Below, piece by piece: positions 27,441-36,551 of a stretch of DNA of 64,000 nucleotides. The translations under genes and the position numbers were made by a program. This DNA comes from Escherichia phage LHE287, in sequence record PP761450.1. One strand, 5' to 3'. How positions within the stretch are numbered: the stretch's first letter is position 1; every line of letters starts with the position of its first letter. The notes under the pieces were generated by a model. That model ran no database searches, had not been told where the DNA came from, and saw nothing but the letters and a program-made list of their open reading frames with translations.

Positions 27441-27470
27441 ATAATACGCATTTACCTTATAGAAGTAAAC
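27441..27470 (-). promoter_or_regulatory. early-type promoter in 57-bp repeat copy 2 (-35 GTTTAC, -10 TATTAT)
   Basis: identical to copy 1; upstream of 27167..27391. Confidence 0.55.
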
Positions 27471-27474
27471 CCCT

Positions 27475-27505
27475 AAAAGTAAAAATCCCCAACGTTTGTT
27501 GGGGA
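27475..27505 (-). terminator. rho-independent terminator after ACP-like gene (repeat copy 2)
   Basis: CCCCAAC-GTTT-GTTGGGG then ATTTTTAC on minus strand. Confidence 0.7.
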
Positions 27506-27511
27506 CTTCTG

Positions 27512-27835
27512 TTATTTGCGCAGGGCAACCACGAGTTCAGCGAGTTCACCCATGGTCGGGTCGTCGCCTTTACTACCTAGCCACCCGTCGTCGATTTCGA
27601 CCTGAAACTCTTCTTCGAGGTCCATTACAATTTCGATAGCGTCCAGTTCATCACCGCCGAGGTCTTTCTTGGTACGGAGGCCAGCCAGCTTGTCCAGGGC
27701 GTCCTCGTTCTGAGATGCCACGTCGTCCAGCAATTTGCGCTTGTCATCGTCACGCCACAGATCCATATTCAGATTGTCAGTGGCGTACTGAGCCAGATGA
27801 CGCATGACTTCAACATATGTTGGCTTACTGCTCAT
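27512..27835 (-). CDS. acyl-carrier-protein-like protein with Glu at the phosphopantetheine-site position
   Basis: 107 aa; DLGGDELDAIEIVMDLEEEFQVEID aligns with E. coli AcpP [26 protein letters not shown], with Ser replaced by Glu; GGGAGAAG SD. Confidence 0.7.
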   Translation of the reverse strand: MSSKPTYVEVMRHLAQYATDNLNMDLWRDDDKRKLLDDVASQNEDALDKLAGLRTKKDLGGDELDAIEIVMDLEEEFQVEIDDGWLGSKGDDPTMGELAELVVALRK

Positions 27836-27840
27836 GCTAC

Positions 27841-27870
27841 TTCTCCCAAAGAAAGGCGGGTTGCCCCGCC
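27841..27870 (-). terminator. hairpin between vWA gene and ACP-like gene (attenuator-like)
   Basis: GGCGGG-TTGC-CCCGCC then TTTCTTTGGG on minus strand; only about 20 nt before ACP start, so read-through must occur. Confidence 0.45.
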
Positions 27871-27877
27871 CGTTGGA

Positions 27878-30079
27878 TTAGATTTTGATTTCTTTCTCTG
27901 TCAGTTCGGCAGTGACCTTGTACTTCACGCCATCCACTTCAACTTCCATGGTGGACTCTTCCAGGTCGAGGTCGGTGAACCAGCCGTGGCCAGCAACGAT
28001 ACCATACACCACTTTAGACAGTGTCTTGTTCAGGGCACGGACTTCGGTGATGGCCGCCTTGGCAGCAGCGTCGATCCAGTTTTCGATCAGCTGTTTCTGT
28101 AAGGCTTCAGGCACGGCAGTGATCATAGGAGACTTCACGAATGCTTCGTACTCTTTCAGAGCATTGGCGATGAACAAGTCACCAGCATTGAGTTTCTTGT
28201 TCTCTGCGATCTTCTTCTGTACTGCCGCGATGCTCGGTAGTGAAGACGCCCCGGCGATCTTCACGTTCAGCTCACGGCTCATGTAGAAGTCGGTAGACTC
28301 TTTGGTCTCAGTCTTCGGTGAGAAGCCGTAATCGCGGATGCCGTAGGAGGACAGGAACTCGGCCGCCTCAGCGCCGTACTGTACTGCCAGGCCTTTGGCG
28401 TTACCCTTACCAACCAGGGCGTCTCGATAGAACTTCAGCACCTTCTGCTTGCCTTTCAGGGCTTCCAGACGGACATTATCCGCAAAGAACTGAGCAGCAC
28501 TGATGTTCTTGACCATGGCGCGGTTGACCAGCGGTACGCTTTCCAGGTTCAGGACAAACACTTCCGGGCCACCAAACACGTGGACGCCCATTTCGATCAG
28601 CTTCTGTACAACTTCGATATCAGCCTTGAACGGCAGAGTCTTCACGTTAATGATACCGTCTTTGACGATGGTGTAGTTGCGCCACTGGAAAGTATCCAGT
28701 TCTTCAGGCAGGCCAAACTTCTTCTGTGCGAATTCAGGCACAGCCACAGTACCGTGTTGAATTGTACGCACACTGATGTTCGGGCGCTCGGAGTTATAGA
28801 CCAAATCACTGATTGGCACAACACCCAGATCGTTGGTAGGTTCGAACGTCGGGTTCCACTCTTCGTGTTCTGCCAGCTTGAGAGCCAGGGCTTTACGCTC
28901 TTCTTTGGACTGAGCATTCGCGATCTGTTCTGCCAGCTTGTCTTCGGTGTCGTCGGTTTTCTGCACAGTACCGCGCCCGATACTCTTATAGGAGAACATC
29001 GGATGCTTGGTAGCAACAGGTACACCAGCTTCAGCCAGGTACGTCAGCACATCAACGACGGTGGTCGCATCTTCAGCCGGAACCAGGTCATAGTCAATAC
29101 CGTCAACGCCGCGCAGCTGGTCGTCAACAATCGCCTGAACCAGATCGTTCTTGATGTTGGAGTAGTCCTGCTTGGTGAAGCAGTTGCTGTACTGTTTGAT
29201 GAAGCGAACGTCGCCCGTCTTCTTCAGCGCAGCCCAAACCAGATCTGCGTCCATAGTGTGTACACCGTAGAACGCCAGCACGTATGCCGCCTGGATGTCC
29301 GTCAGGCTATCCATCTGGTCGATCATGTTAGGGTTTACAACCCACAGCTTGGTGACGCTCTCAGGGATGCTCACATAGCCGACCGGGTGAGAGTCATCGT
29401 CCTGCACCGCCAGTACTGTTGCCACACCGTTTTCGACGTAGATGGCATGGGTGTAGATGACTGGGACATCAACTTTCACCTTCGGCACTGATGACTTCAG
29501 CACGTTTTCCAGTTCGGTCTGGTATTCGGTCTGACCTTCGGCAAACACATGAGTCGCGCCAGAGCGCTCGGACATCAGAGCCAGCAGTTCGCGGTTACAG
29601 TGCCAGCCGTATTCGATGAAAGTAATGTTATCGAACGCAGAAGGCAAGGTTTCGGCGACGGCCAGGATTTCGTTTGAGCGCCAGCAGTTGTCATAACCAT
29701 CGGTCATGAATGCCAGGTTGTTGACGTAACCAGGTTTCTTCAGGTCACGCGCAGTATCCATCGCCAGTTTCAACGGCTCAACGAAGCCAGTACATCCGGA
29801 CGGTTGCAGGAAGCGATCGATCAGTTTGTTCAGCTCGCTCAGGTCAGACGCAGCACTAACCTGGCGGCCAGCGAACACAGTACCAAAGTCGCCTTTGGAG
29901 GAGAAATACAGAACGCTCACAGTGTCTTCCGGTTTCACCAGGGAAGGCAGGTTCTCCTTCAGATGCTTACGGACTTCAGGGAGCGCACGGTACATAGAGC
30001 CGGAAATGTCTACAACGATTACATGGTTGGACGGGGTAGCAGTCGCAACCGCATTCTTAAATTCTAATGATTCAATCAT
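27878..30079 (-). CDS. large protein with N-terminal von Willebrand factor A domain
   Basis: 733 aa from ATG 30079; MIDAS motif VVDISGSM plus downstream T and D (FMTDGYDN); rest unassigned. Confidence 0.7.
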   Translation of the reverse strand: MIESLEFKNAVATATPSNHVIVVDISGSMYRALPEVRKHLKENLPSLVKPEDTVSVLYFSSKGDFGTVFAGRQVSAASDLSELNKLIDRFLQPSGCTGFVEPLKLAMDTARDLKKPGYVNNLAFMTDGYDNCWRSNEILAVAETLPSAFDNITFIEYGWHCNRELLALMSERSGATHVFAEGQTEYQTELENVLKSSVPKVKVDVPVIYTHAIYVENGVATVLAVQDDDSHPVGYVSIPESVTKLWVVNPNMIDQMDSLTDIQAAYVLAFYGVHTMDADLVWAALKKTGDVRFIKQYSNCFTKQDYSNIKNDLVQAIVDDQLRGVDGIDYDLVPAEDATTVVDVLTYLAEAGVPVATKHPMFSYKSIGRGTVQKTDDTEDKLAEQIANAQSKEERKALALKLAEHEEWNPTFEPTNDLGVVPISDLVYNSERPNISVRTIQHGTVAVPEFAQKKFGLPEELDTFQWRNYTIVKDGIINVKTLPFKADIEVVQKLIEMGVHVFGGPEVFVLNLESVPLVNRAMVKNISAAQFFADNVRLEALKGKQKVLKFYRDALVGKGNAKGLAVQYGAEAAEFLSSYGIRDYGFSPKTETKESTDFYMSRELNVKIAGASSLPSIAAVQKKIAENKKLNAGDLFIANALKEYEAFVKSPMITAVPEALQKQLIENWIDAAAKAAITEVRALNKTLSKVVYGIVAGHGWFTDLDLEESTMEVEVDGVKYKVTAELTEKEIKI

Positions 30080-30287
30080 TGTTCTCTTCGCCTTGTGCGT
30101 AAGGGTTAAGTTCAGACTCATCAGCGGCTTCGATGCGCGTCTTTACAGAGTCCAGCATATTGTTGATAAATTCACGAGACTGCTCCAGCTGAGCCAAGAG
30201 CACATCCTTTGGAGCATAGTTCTGAATGCAAGCCGGAATACTTTCAGACGTCGCCTTCAGGTCGGTAAAACATTCTTTCAGTATCAT
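30072..30287 (-). CDS. hypothetical small acidic protein (71 aa)
   Basis: stop 5 nt before vWA ATG; weak SD. Confidence 0.4.
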   Translation of the reverse strand: MILKECFTDLKATSESIPACIQNYAPKDVLLAQLEQSREFINNMLDSVKTRIEAADESELNPYAQGEENND

Positions 30288-30354
30288 TTGATCTCACTTA
30301 ACAGAGACGACGCCCTGTTGGGATTTAATAGCGGTCTTCACAGGCATCAGGTTT

Positions 30355-30382
30355 CCCTCAAAACAGGGGAGTTGCCTCCCCT
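30355..30382 (-). terminator. rho-independent terminator after prs-nampt operon
   Basis: AGGGGAG-TTGC-CTCCCCT then TGTTTTGAGG on minus strand; same hairpin sequence recurs at 5662-5680. Confidence 0.65.
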
Positions 30383-30389
30383 TCGGTTA

Positions 30390-32054
30390 TCAGATTTGTG
30401 AGGCCAGTTCTGTCACCAGAGGAGCGGCACGAACACGCGCATCTTCCAGTGTTTGAGTATTGAAGAACTCGCCATCACGATACACCAGCTGGTGCTGGTT
30501 GTCGGCGTCTTGCACCTGATCAAAGGTGATACCGTCAACCAACACTAGTTTACCCTGAGAGTCTTTAATGACTTTAAGGAAACCACGCGCAGACTTTTTA
30601 GTCCCGCCTTTATCGGTCTTCGGCTCTTTGAAGATCTCACGGAATTCACCGTTCACTTTACCAGCCGTGGCTTTCACTGCTGTGCCAGTACTGTCACGGG
30701 TGTTCATCTGGTAGGTGTAGGAACCGATACCGAACACCACGTTGATGGAAGCGAAGTTCCGGTCAGCCAGACGGCTAAAGATCTGGTCTTCACGCGCCAG
30801 GGTGATAGAATCACCGTAGATCAGGCCGATGTGCTCATCCAACAGGAAGTGCCCAGTTTCAGTCTGGGTGCCACCAAAGATCTCCCACAGGCGCTGGATA
30901 GAGCCGACCGCTTCTGAACGGCTGATGATATTACGGTCATCTACCATCAGAGAGTTGATCGTGCCTTCGCCTGTGATCAGGTGATAGGTGTTCGTCTCTT
31001 CGATGTGGATAACTTCGGTGCTGCTAGACACGCCGCTGATGTTCAGCGTAGCGCGGTCTTTGAACCCCTCGATGCGGTAGCCGCCAACGATGTGTACAGG
31101 GTCGCCCGAGTCGGGGCGAATCACGACTTTACCATTGCGCGCCATGATAATGTCTTTCAGGCGAGGCAGATAGTCGTCGATGACCTGCCAGTAATCCCAC
31201 GCATCAGACACGATGCTGACGATGCCATCAGGATACACGTCCTGCACCAGGCGGCGGAAGGTTTCGAATTCGCCATCCTTCGTGCCCATACACATCACCG
31301 CATGTTCCGTTGCGGCAACCGACCCAGCAACGACATAGTCTTCGTCGATGTCTGCGCCATAATACTCTTCTACGAAGTCCAGGGCAGGGTTGGTATCGGT
31401 GCCTTTGAAGAACACCAGATGACCGGAACCGGAAGACGCGGCATCATGCCACCCGCTCATACCACGAAAGGAGAAGTCGTGGCCTTGGTAGTCGATGAAC
31501 CAATGGTCCGGTGATACTCCCGTAGCGAGGGCAGCTTTCACCATCAGTGCCTTGTAATGCAAAGCTATGGTGGCGTTCGTCATCGGCTTCCAGATCTCAG
31601 AGCTGAACACAGTCTCCAGATAGTTGGTCAGCCAGTAGAACTCCGGCAGGGTATTGAACATCACATACACCGGAACGCCATACGGGCACATGGTACCTTC
31701 AGGCAGCGCGCGGACTTCGATAGGCAGGTAGCCGAGGTCATGCAGGGCTTCAATATGCTCTGTGCCGACGCGGCCTGGACCCAGGACTTTGTTCATGCGA
31801 CGGGCATACTTCTTCAGCACCTTGGCCTTCGGGCGCTGGAAGAATGCTTCGTCAAACAGTTCGTGGAACCAGGTCATGAAGCCCTGGATGCCCCAGACCA
31901 CCACGCCGTTCTTCGGCAGGTGAGAGTTGAACAGTTTGTTAGAGCGCGGAGTTCCGTTGGAGAACACCAGCTCACTGCCTTCAGGGAACTGATAGATGTG
32001 CCCCGATTTGTAGAAGTCGATCGCATGGATTGGGTCTAAGTGGCGCATGCTCAT
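30390..32054 (-). CDS. nadV: nicotinamide phosphoribosyltransferase family protein (NAMPT/NadV-like; possibly Namat)
   Basis: 554 aa; start ATG overlaps Prs-like stop (ATGA); family call by recognition of length and N-terminal region typical of NAMPT-type enzymes. Confidence 0.8.
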   Translation of the reverse strand: MSMRHLDPIHAIDFYKSGHIYQFPEGSELVFSNGTPRSNKLFNSHLPKNGVVVWGIQGFMTWFHELFDEAFFQRPKAKVLKKYARRMNKVLGPGRVGTEHIEALHDLGYLPIEVRALPEGTMCPYGVPVYVMFNTLPEFYWLTNYLETVFSSEIWKPMTNATIALHYKALMVKAALATGVSPDHWFIDYQGHDFSFRGMSGWHDAASSGSGHLVFFKGTDTNPALDFVEEYYGADIDEDYVVAGSVAATEHAVMCMGTKDGEFETFRRLVQDVYPDGIVSIVSDAWDYWQVIDDYLPRLKDIIMARNGKVVIRPDSGDPVHIVGGYRIEGFKDRATLNISGVSSSTEVIHIEETNTYHLITGEGTINSLMVDDRNIISRSEAVGSIQRLWEIFGGTQTETGHFLLDEHIGLIYGDSITLAREDQIFSRLADRNFASINVVFGIGSYTYQMNTRDSTGTAVKATAGKVNGEFREIFKEPKTDKGGTKKSARGFLKVIKDSQGKLVLVDGITFDQVQDADNQHQLVYRDGEFFNTQTLEDARVRAAPLVTELASQI

Positions 32055-32905
32055 TTTACACGTCCTGTATTTTCAGTTTTGAAAGGGAGCCCGTCGGCGG
32101 TGATGTTCTCCCACCAGACGGTGTCGGCATACACAGCATCATAGATCCCGTCGAAAACAGAGAGACCTTTGCTGAAGATGCCATGGGTAACGAAGAGCGT
32201 CATGTGCTTAGGCTTGTGCTTCTGAAGCTCTTTGCCTAACTCAACGAACGTGCGCCCACCGTCGCAGATATCATCGACCACCACCAGATAGCGGTCTTTG
32301 ATCAGTTCAGGGTTTGTAACACTCACCCCAATGATCTCACCAGTCTTGGTGTCACGGTTCTTGTGACCGTAGACAACAGGAACACCGTCCAACGACAGGC
32401 TGAGGGCTTCGGTCTTCTTAGCCGCGCCGCCGTCAGGGGCTACCAACACAGCGTTGTTCCCACGGATGAACCAGCCCAGATACTGACGCACGATGTAATC
32501 TTGCGGGACAACATGGACGTTGTTGATCAGAGAAGACACAACATGGCTGTGAGGATCTTTGATCGCCACGCGGTCAAAGTTCATGCTATTGATGAACTCA
32601 GCTGCCCACTTCACAGACAGAGGCTCACCGAAGTCACAATGGCGGTCCTGGCGAGCATACGGGAAGTAAGGGATATACGCATGGAATGTCGTCAGACGGT
32701 CCACGTTACCCAGACCACGAACGGCGTTTACCAGAAGCGCCAGCTCAATGAAGTCAGCCGATGATTTGATGTGAGCATCAATCGCCACGTTCTGAACGTG
32801 GCCGATAGGGATACCAGACTTTTGAATCTTGATATGTTCCTCACCACCTGGGAAGGTGAAGTGTTTGTAGAACACATCTTGGTCGTTCAATTTCAAACGA
32901 AACAT
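32051..32905 (-). CDS. prs: ribose-phosphate pyrophosphokinase family protein (Prs-like; possibly ADPR-PP synthetase)
   Basis: 284 aa; PYFPYARQDRH, KDPHSHVV, VAPDGGAAKK and PRTase loop VVVDDICDGGRT align with E. coli Prs; GAGG SD. Confidence 0.85.
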   Translation of the reverse strand: MFRLKLNDQDVFYKHFTFPGGEEHIKIQKSGIPIGHVQNVAIDAHIKSSADFIELALLVNAVRGLGNVDRLTTFHAYIPYFPYARQDRHCDFGEPLSVKWAAEFINSMNFDRVAIKDPHSHVVSSLINNVHVVPQDYIVRQYLGWFIRGNNAVLVAPDGGAAKKTEALSLSLDGVPVVYGHKNRDTKTGEIIGVSVTNPELIKDRYLVVVDDICDGGRTFVELGKELQKHKPKHMTLFVTHGIFSKGLSVFDGIYDAVYADTVWWENITADGLPFKTENTGRVK

Positions 32906-33013
32906 AATGTAGCCTCATGGTGTATTGTACAGCCGTATTATACTGTGATGCACAAATTGAAACGCCCAGCATTTACGCTGGACGTTATTGATATTGAAAA
33001 GGTTTTGACAAAC

Positions 33014-33247
33014 TCAGGATTTGGAGGAAGCGCCCTTCCATGTCTGACGTTTGTAGTAGGAAGCCATGGCCATCGACCCGGCGTATTGCGTTTCACCCCT
33101 GACTACCACAGCCACAACCAGCTTATGTCGCAACAGGAAGTCCAGACCTGACTTAGACGGGATATCGCCAATGCTCAGTGGACCACGATTGTACAGGGCA
33201 TACATGGTGTCAAGCGCCGCCCCGGTAAAGATAATCTCTTTAGACAT
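33014..33247 (-). CDS. hypothetical small protein (78 aa)
   Basis: start at MSKEIIFTG; same MSKEI N-terminus as neighbouring gene. Confidence 0.4.
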   Translation of the reverse strand: MSKEIIFTGAALDTMYALYNRGPLSIGDIPSKSGLDFLLRHKLVVAVVVRGETQYAGSMAMASYYKRQTWKGASSKS

Positions 33248-33254
33248 GGCGGTC

Positions 33255-33560
33255 TCACTTAAACGAGTCAACGATGGATGTAAGAATTTCGGGGGTGGGT
33301 TTGGCGTCTTGTGGTTCACGGAAACCCACCTTTGCGATGCGACCCAATACATTGTACACTTCGCGCGGAAGGGTGTCTACGACCGTGTCCGACATGAACA
33401 CCACGTCTTCTTGGATGGCGTTGTATTCGGCCAGTTTAGCCAGTTCTGATTCTACCAGGGACTTCAGCTTTTGCAATGGGTCGTTGCAATAGTTGAGACG
33501 GTTACAGTTGGTGAGCGCCTGAGTTAGATTCTCAAACGCTTCTTGTATTTCCTTTGACAT
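33255..33560 (-). CDS. hypothetical small protein (101 aa)
   Basis: ATG 33560 with GAGG SD (track start 33593 is TTG). Confidence 0.4.
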   Translation of the reverse strand: MSKEIQEAFENLTQALTNCNRLNYCNDPLQKLKSLVESELAKLAEYNAIQEDVVFMSDTVVDTLPREVYNVLGRIAKVGFREPQDAKPTPEILTSIVDSFK

Positions 33561-33942
33561 TGATATGTGCCTCGTATTGTTGACAGACAACAACTACTTT
33601 ACGGCACATGTCGATATCGAACAAGCCAATATGACACTCACGCTTCTTTATCCCCAGCTTATGCGCCAGCCAACTGTAAGCGTCGCTCCTGCTCCTCTCT
33701 CCGCTTTTCCACAATGGGTCAAACGATCTATGGGCTTCCTGCTTAGCAGCACGGAGAGCGGCATTCGCCATCCTTCCCAAAGGTTGTCTGCCGTCGCCAT
33801 GGGCATGGCAACCGACACGGGCATCACATGGAGTGCACACCCAGAACTTCAGATTGCGGAGGTCAGGGCGATGAGGGTAGAGAACATCACCACCGACGAA
33901 TTCGGCTGGGAGGCCACAGTAATCACATATAACAGGTTTCAT
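33532..33942 (-). CDS. zinc-ribbon protein (CxxC...CxxC, HIGLFD motif)
   Basis: start at MKPVICDYCG; Cys pairs CDYC, CTPC. Confidence 0.45.
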   Translation of the reverse strand: MKPVICDYCGLPAEFVGGDVLYPHRPDLRNLKFWVCTPCDARVGCHAHGDGRQPLGRMANAALRAAKQEAHRSFDPLWKSGERSRSDAYSWLAHKLGIKKRECHIGLFDIDMCRKVVVVCQQYEAHINVKGNTRSV

Positions 33943-34002
33943 ATTCTTTGTCCAAAAGAAACCCCGCACATGGCGGGGTTGCTCAGGCTGAGGTCAGACA
34001 GA

Positions 34003-34374
34003 TTATTTCAGGAGTGCTTCCAGTTCTTCAACAGATTTGCTTTCCAGCTCTTGCTGTTTCTTACGCTGGATCAGCTCCAGGATAATCTGGTTGTTCGCCT
34101 TACGCTCTGCCGCGTCTCTGCTGTCGTCACGTTCTTTCAGCTTAACACCGATGATGTGCTTGACAACGTCGAAGCGCAGCTGCAGTTCGGAGTCAACGTT
34201 GCTTTTGGTGCCAATGAAATCTTCTTCATCGGTTTCTGCTGCTTTCACCTGACGGCTCAGACCTTTCGCCATTTCGTTCAGGGCAGTCAGGCTCAGGTCC
34301 CAGACCTGCTCAACAGACAGCAGACCTTTGTTAGACTCGAAGCGCAGTTTCATACGGGTTGCTTTATCAAACAT
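34003..34374 (-). CDS. hypothetical protein (123 aa), charged helical
   Basis: ORF only. Confidence 0.5.
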   Translation of the reverse strand: MFDKATRMKLRFESNKGLLSVEQVWDLSLTALNEMAKGLSRQVKAAETDEEDFIGTKSNVDSELQLRFDVVKHIIGVKLKERDDSRDAAERKANNQIILELIQRKKQQELESKSVEELEALLK

Positions 34375-34418
34375 TTTACTATCCTCAATGATGAATGGGT
34401 TACAATTTCAAATCAGGT

Positions 34419-36437
34419 TTAGAACACAACTTTCACAGTGCGGTTGAACGAACCGCTCACCTTCACGAACACGTGGTTGCGTTGGGTGGTAGAGAAGCCC
34501 AGACCGGACAGCTGCTCAGTGCTTGGCTGTACTTTAATCTTACCACCTAACATTTCAAAAACCTTGCGGTGTTTATCAAGTTCCGGCTTCAGATATTCGT
34601 TATAGAAACCACGGGTGCCGACAGGGTTAGCACAACCTTCCAGGATGAAGAACACGTGCTTGTTGCCAGTCTGCTCGCCGTCCCAATGGTTTGGTGAGTT
34701 CAGAACCAGCTGTACCTTCTGGAAGACGGAGGTCTTGATGCCCCAGATTTCCTGAGAGCGAGCGTCGTCTTTCAGGGTAGAACTGATGTCAACCACCTGA
34801 CCAGCGCGAACCTGAACCACAACAGCCAACGTGCGATCTTTGTTACCCAGGCCAGGGTGTGAGAAGCGCTTAGTCTGACCTTTGTATTCAACTTCGATTT
34901 CGAAACCAACGTCACAGGTTTCACGCTTGTTGAAGTTGGTGACATAGAACTCATAATTCCCGTCACGCAACTTGCGTTCATCGCTAAAGAAGATGTTCTC
35001 CACCGGACGGCGGTTTGGATCAATGCCGTCCATACCGTTCATGTCGATGTCCAGAGTTGCGCCAGTTGTCGAACGACGGTTGCGAAAATATACGTGGTTG
35101 TGAAGAGGATCGTTCATGCTCAGATCCAGGTCGTCGTTGTTATGCCAAGCCAGTGACACGCGGAGGAAGCTGTCGACATTGCCGCCTGCGGTCTTCACGC
35201 GCTCTTTGATGGAGTCGGCCACTTCGCCATTGTACGACCAGCTGAAGCCGTTGTTCCACTTGAACAGGTTAGGAGCGCCTGCGGTAGCCGGAGCGATCAG
35301 GGACATCAGGTTGCCAATGTGAGAGTTTTCGACCAGCACTTCCAGGGAATGCGCCTTTGGCAACACGTTGGTCAGGAAGTCGTCGATCGTGATCTCTTCA
35401 ACCTTGTCCAGGGACTTGGTCGGAGTCTTCACTTCAGACGCCAGCTGAGCAAACGGGTCCATCTTCTTCTGAGCTGCCAGATCGGCGAACAGAACGTTGT
35501 TGATGGTCAGATCGTCATACACGGCATAACGGCGACCCAGTGAATCGGTCAGACCCAGCGCTTCGACTTCTTTCTGCGCGTTTTCAATCATCGACTTCGT
35601 GACCAGCGCGGTTGGGCGCTTGTAGTTCGTCGGAGCGACTTTGGCTTCAAAGGACTTCACGGCGGTTTCCAGATCCCGGCCTTCATTGAGGTCTACCAGC
35701 AGAGAGCCAATCACGGTATTACGAATGCCGTGAGGGGTATGACCGTTTGCACGGTAGCCAGTGCGCCAAGCCCACAGAGCGCGTTTCTCTTCTGCAGTTT
35801 GTTCGTACAGGGTCTTGTTCACCACGAACGCCTGCACTGCCGCTTTGTGCTCTTCACCGCGATACAGAGAATTCTGGTCAATCAATTCCAGAACGATTTC
35901 AGCCGATTCCAGAGACAGTTCACGCAGGCCGCGCTCAAACACTTCAATCGCCTGGCGGATTTCACCCTTCTTAGAAGCGATGGTATCTGCCCGCAGAACA
36001 TAGCTGCCCAGCAGGTCGGTGTGGAAGTGGTTGTAGGTACGGACAATACCATCTTTCATTTCGTGATTCGACTCAACACCAACTTTCTTGGTGTCGTTGA
36101 AGTACACGTCGACGATTGCGTGCTGCTTAACATATGCTGACAGCGCCGCAGCGACAACGTCGTATTCGTTACCCAGCTGAATGTTATCCCAGATAGAGAT
36201 CACGTTCAGATCGGAGTCGATGGTGACTACACCGCCGATGTTACGGATGAATTGTTTGCAGCAGGTGCAGTCGTGCTCGGTACGCTCACGATAAAGCGGG
36301 TTAGTGCCAGCAGGGAAAGAAGACAGATACAGATCCCACAGAGCATCTTTATCGATGTTGGTCATGAACAGACCAGTTGCTGACATGGCCAGCACGTTAT
36401 TGTTGACAGCTACTGCGAAGGGCTTAAAATCTGACAT
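34419..36437 (-). CDS. large hypothetical protein (672 aa)
   Basis: no P-loop or polymerase motif; CTCC and His-rich segments; function unknown. Confidence 0.6.
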   Translation of the reverse strand: MSDFKPFAVAVNNNVLAMSATGLFMTNIDKDALWDLYLSSFPAGTNPLYRERTEHDCTCCKQFIRNIGGVVTIDSDLNVISIWDNIQLGNEYDVVAAALSAYVKQHAIVDVYFNDTKKVGVESNHEMKDGIVRTYNHFHTDLLGSYVLRADTIASKKGEIRQAIEVFERGLRELSLESAEIVLELIDQNSLYRGEEHKAAVQAFVVNKTLYEQTAEEKRALWAWRTGYRANGHTPHGIRNTVIGSLLVDLNEGRDLETAVKSFEAKVAPTNYKRPTALVTKSMIENAQKEVEALGLTDSLGRRYAVYDDLTINNVLFADLAAQKKMDPFAQLASEVKTPTKSLDKVEEITIDDFLTNVLPKAHSLEVLVENSHIGNLMSLIAPATAGAPNLFKWNNGFSWSYNGEVADSIKERVKTAGGNVDSFLRVSLAWHNNDDLDLSMNDPLHNHVYFRNRRSTTGATLDIDMNGMDGIDPNRRPVENIFFSDERKLRDGNYEFYVTNFNKRETCDVGFEIEVEYKGQTKRFSHPGLGNKDRTLAVVVQVRAGQVVDISSTLKDDARSQEIWGIKTSVFQKVQLVLNSPNHWDGEQTGNKHVFFILEGCANPVGTRGFYNEYLKPELDKHRKVFEMLGGKIKVQPSTEQLSGLGFSTTQRNHVFVKVSGSFNRTVKVVF

Positions 36438-36551
36438 GATGTAATCTTCCTGTTTCAGTTCAAATGTGCGCCCCGTTTGCTAGGGCGCTTCGTTTAAGTG
36501 AGGTCAATATACGCTGGATTGAGTTATTGAAGAACGAAGTAAAGGAAATCT

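Larger units (their letters stand above)
27437..27505. repeat. direct repeat copy 2 (57 bp plus hairpin)
   Basis: see copy 1. Confidence 0.85.

Noticed and set aside
32937-32962. TATAAT upstream of prs as a complete sigma70-type promoter
   Set aside because: Nearest GTTTCA -35-like hexamer is only 14 bp away, so not annotated.
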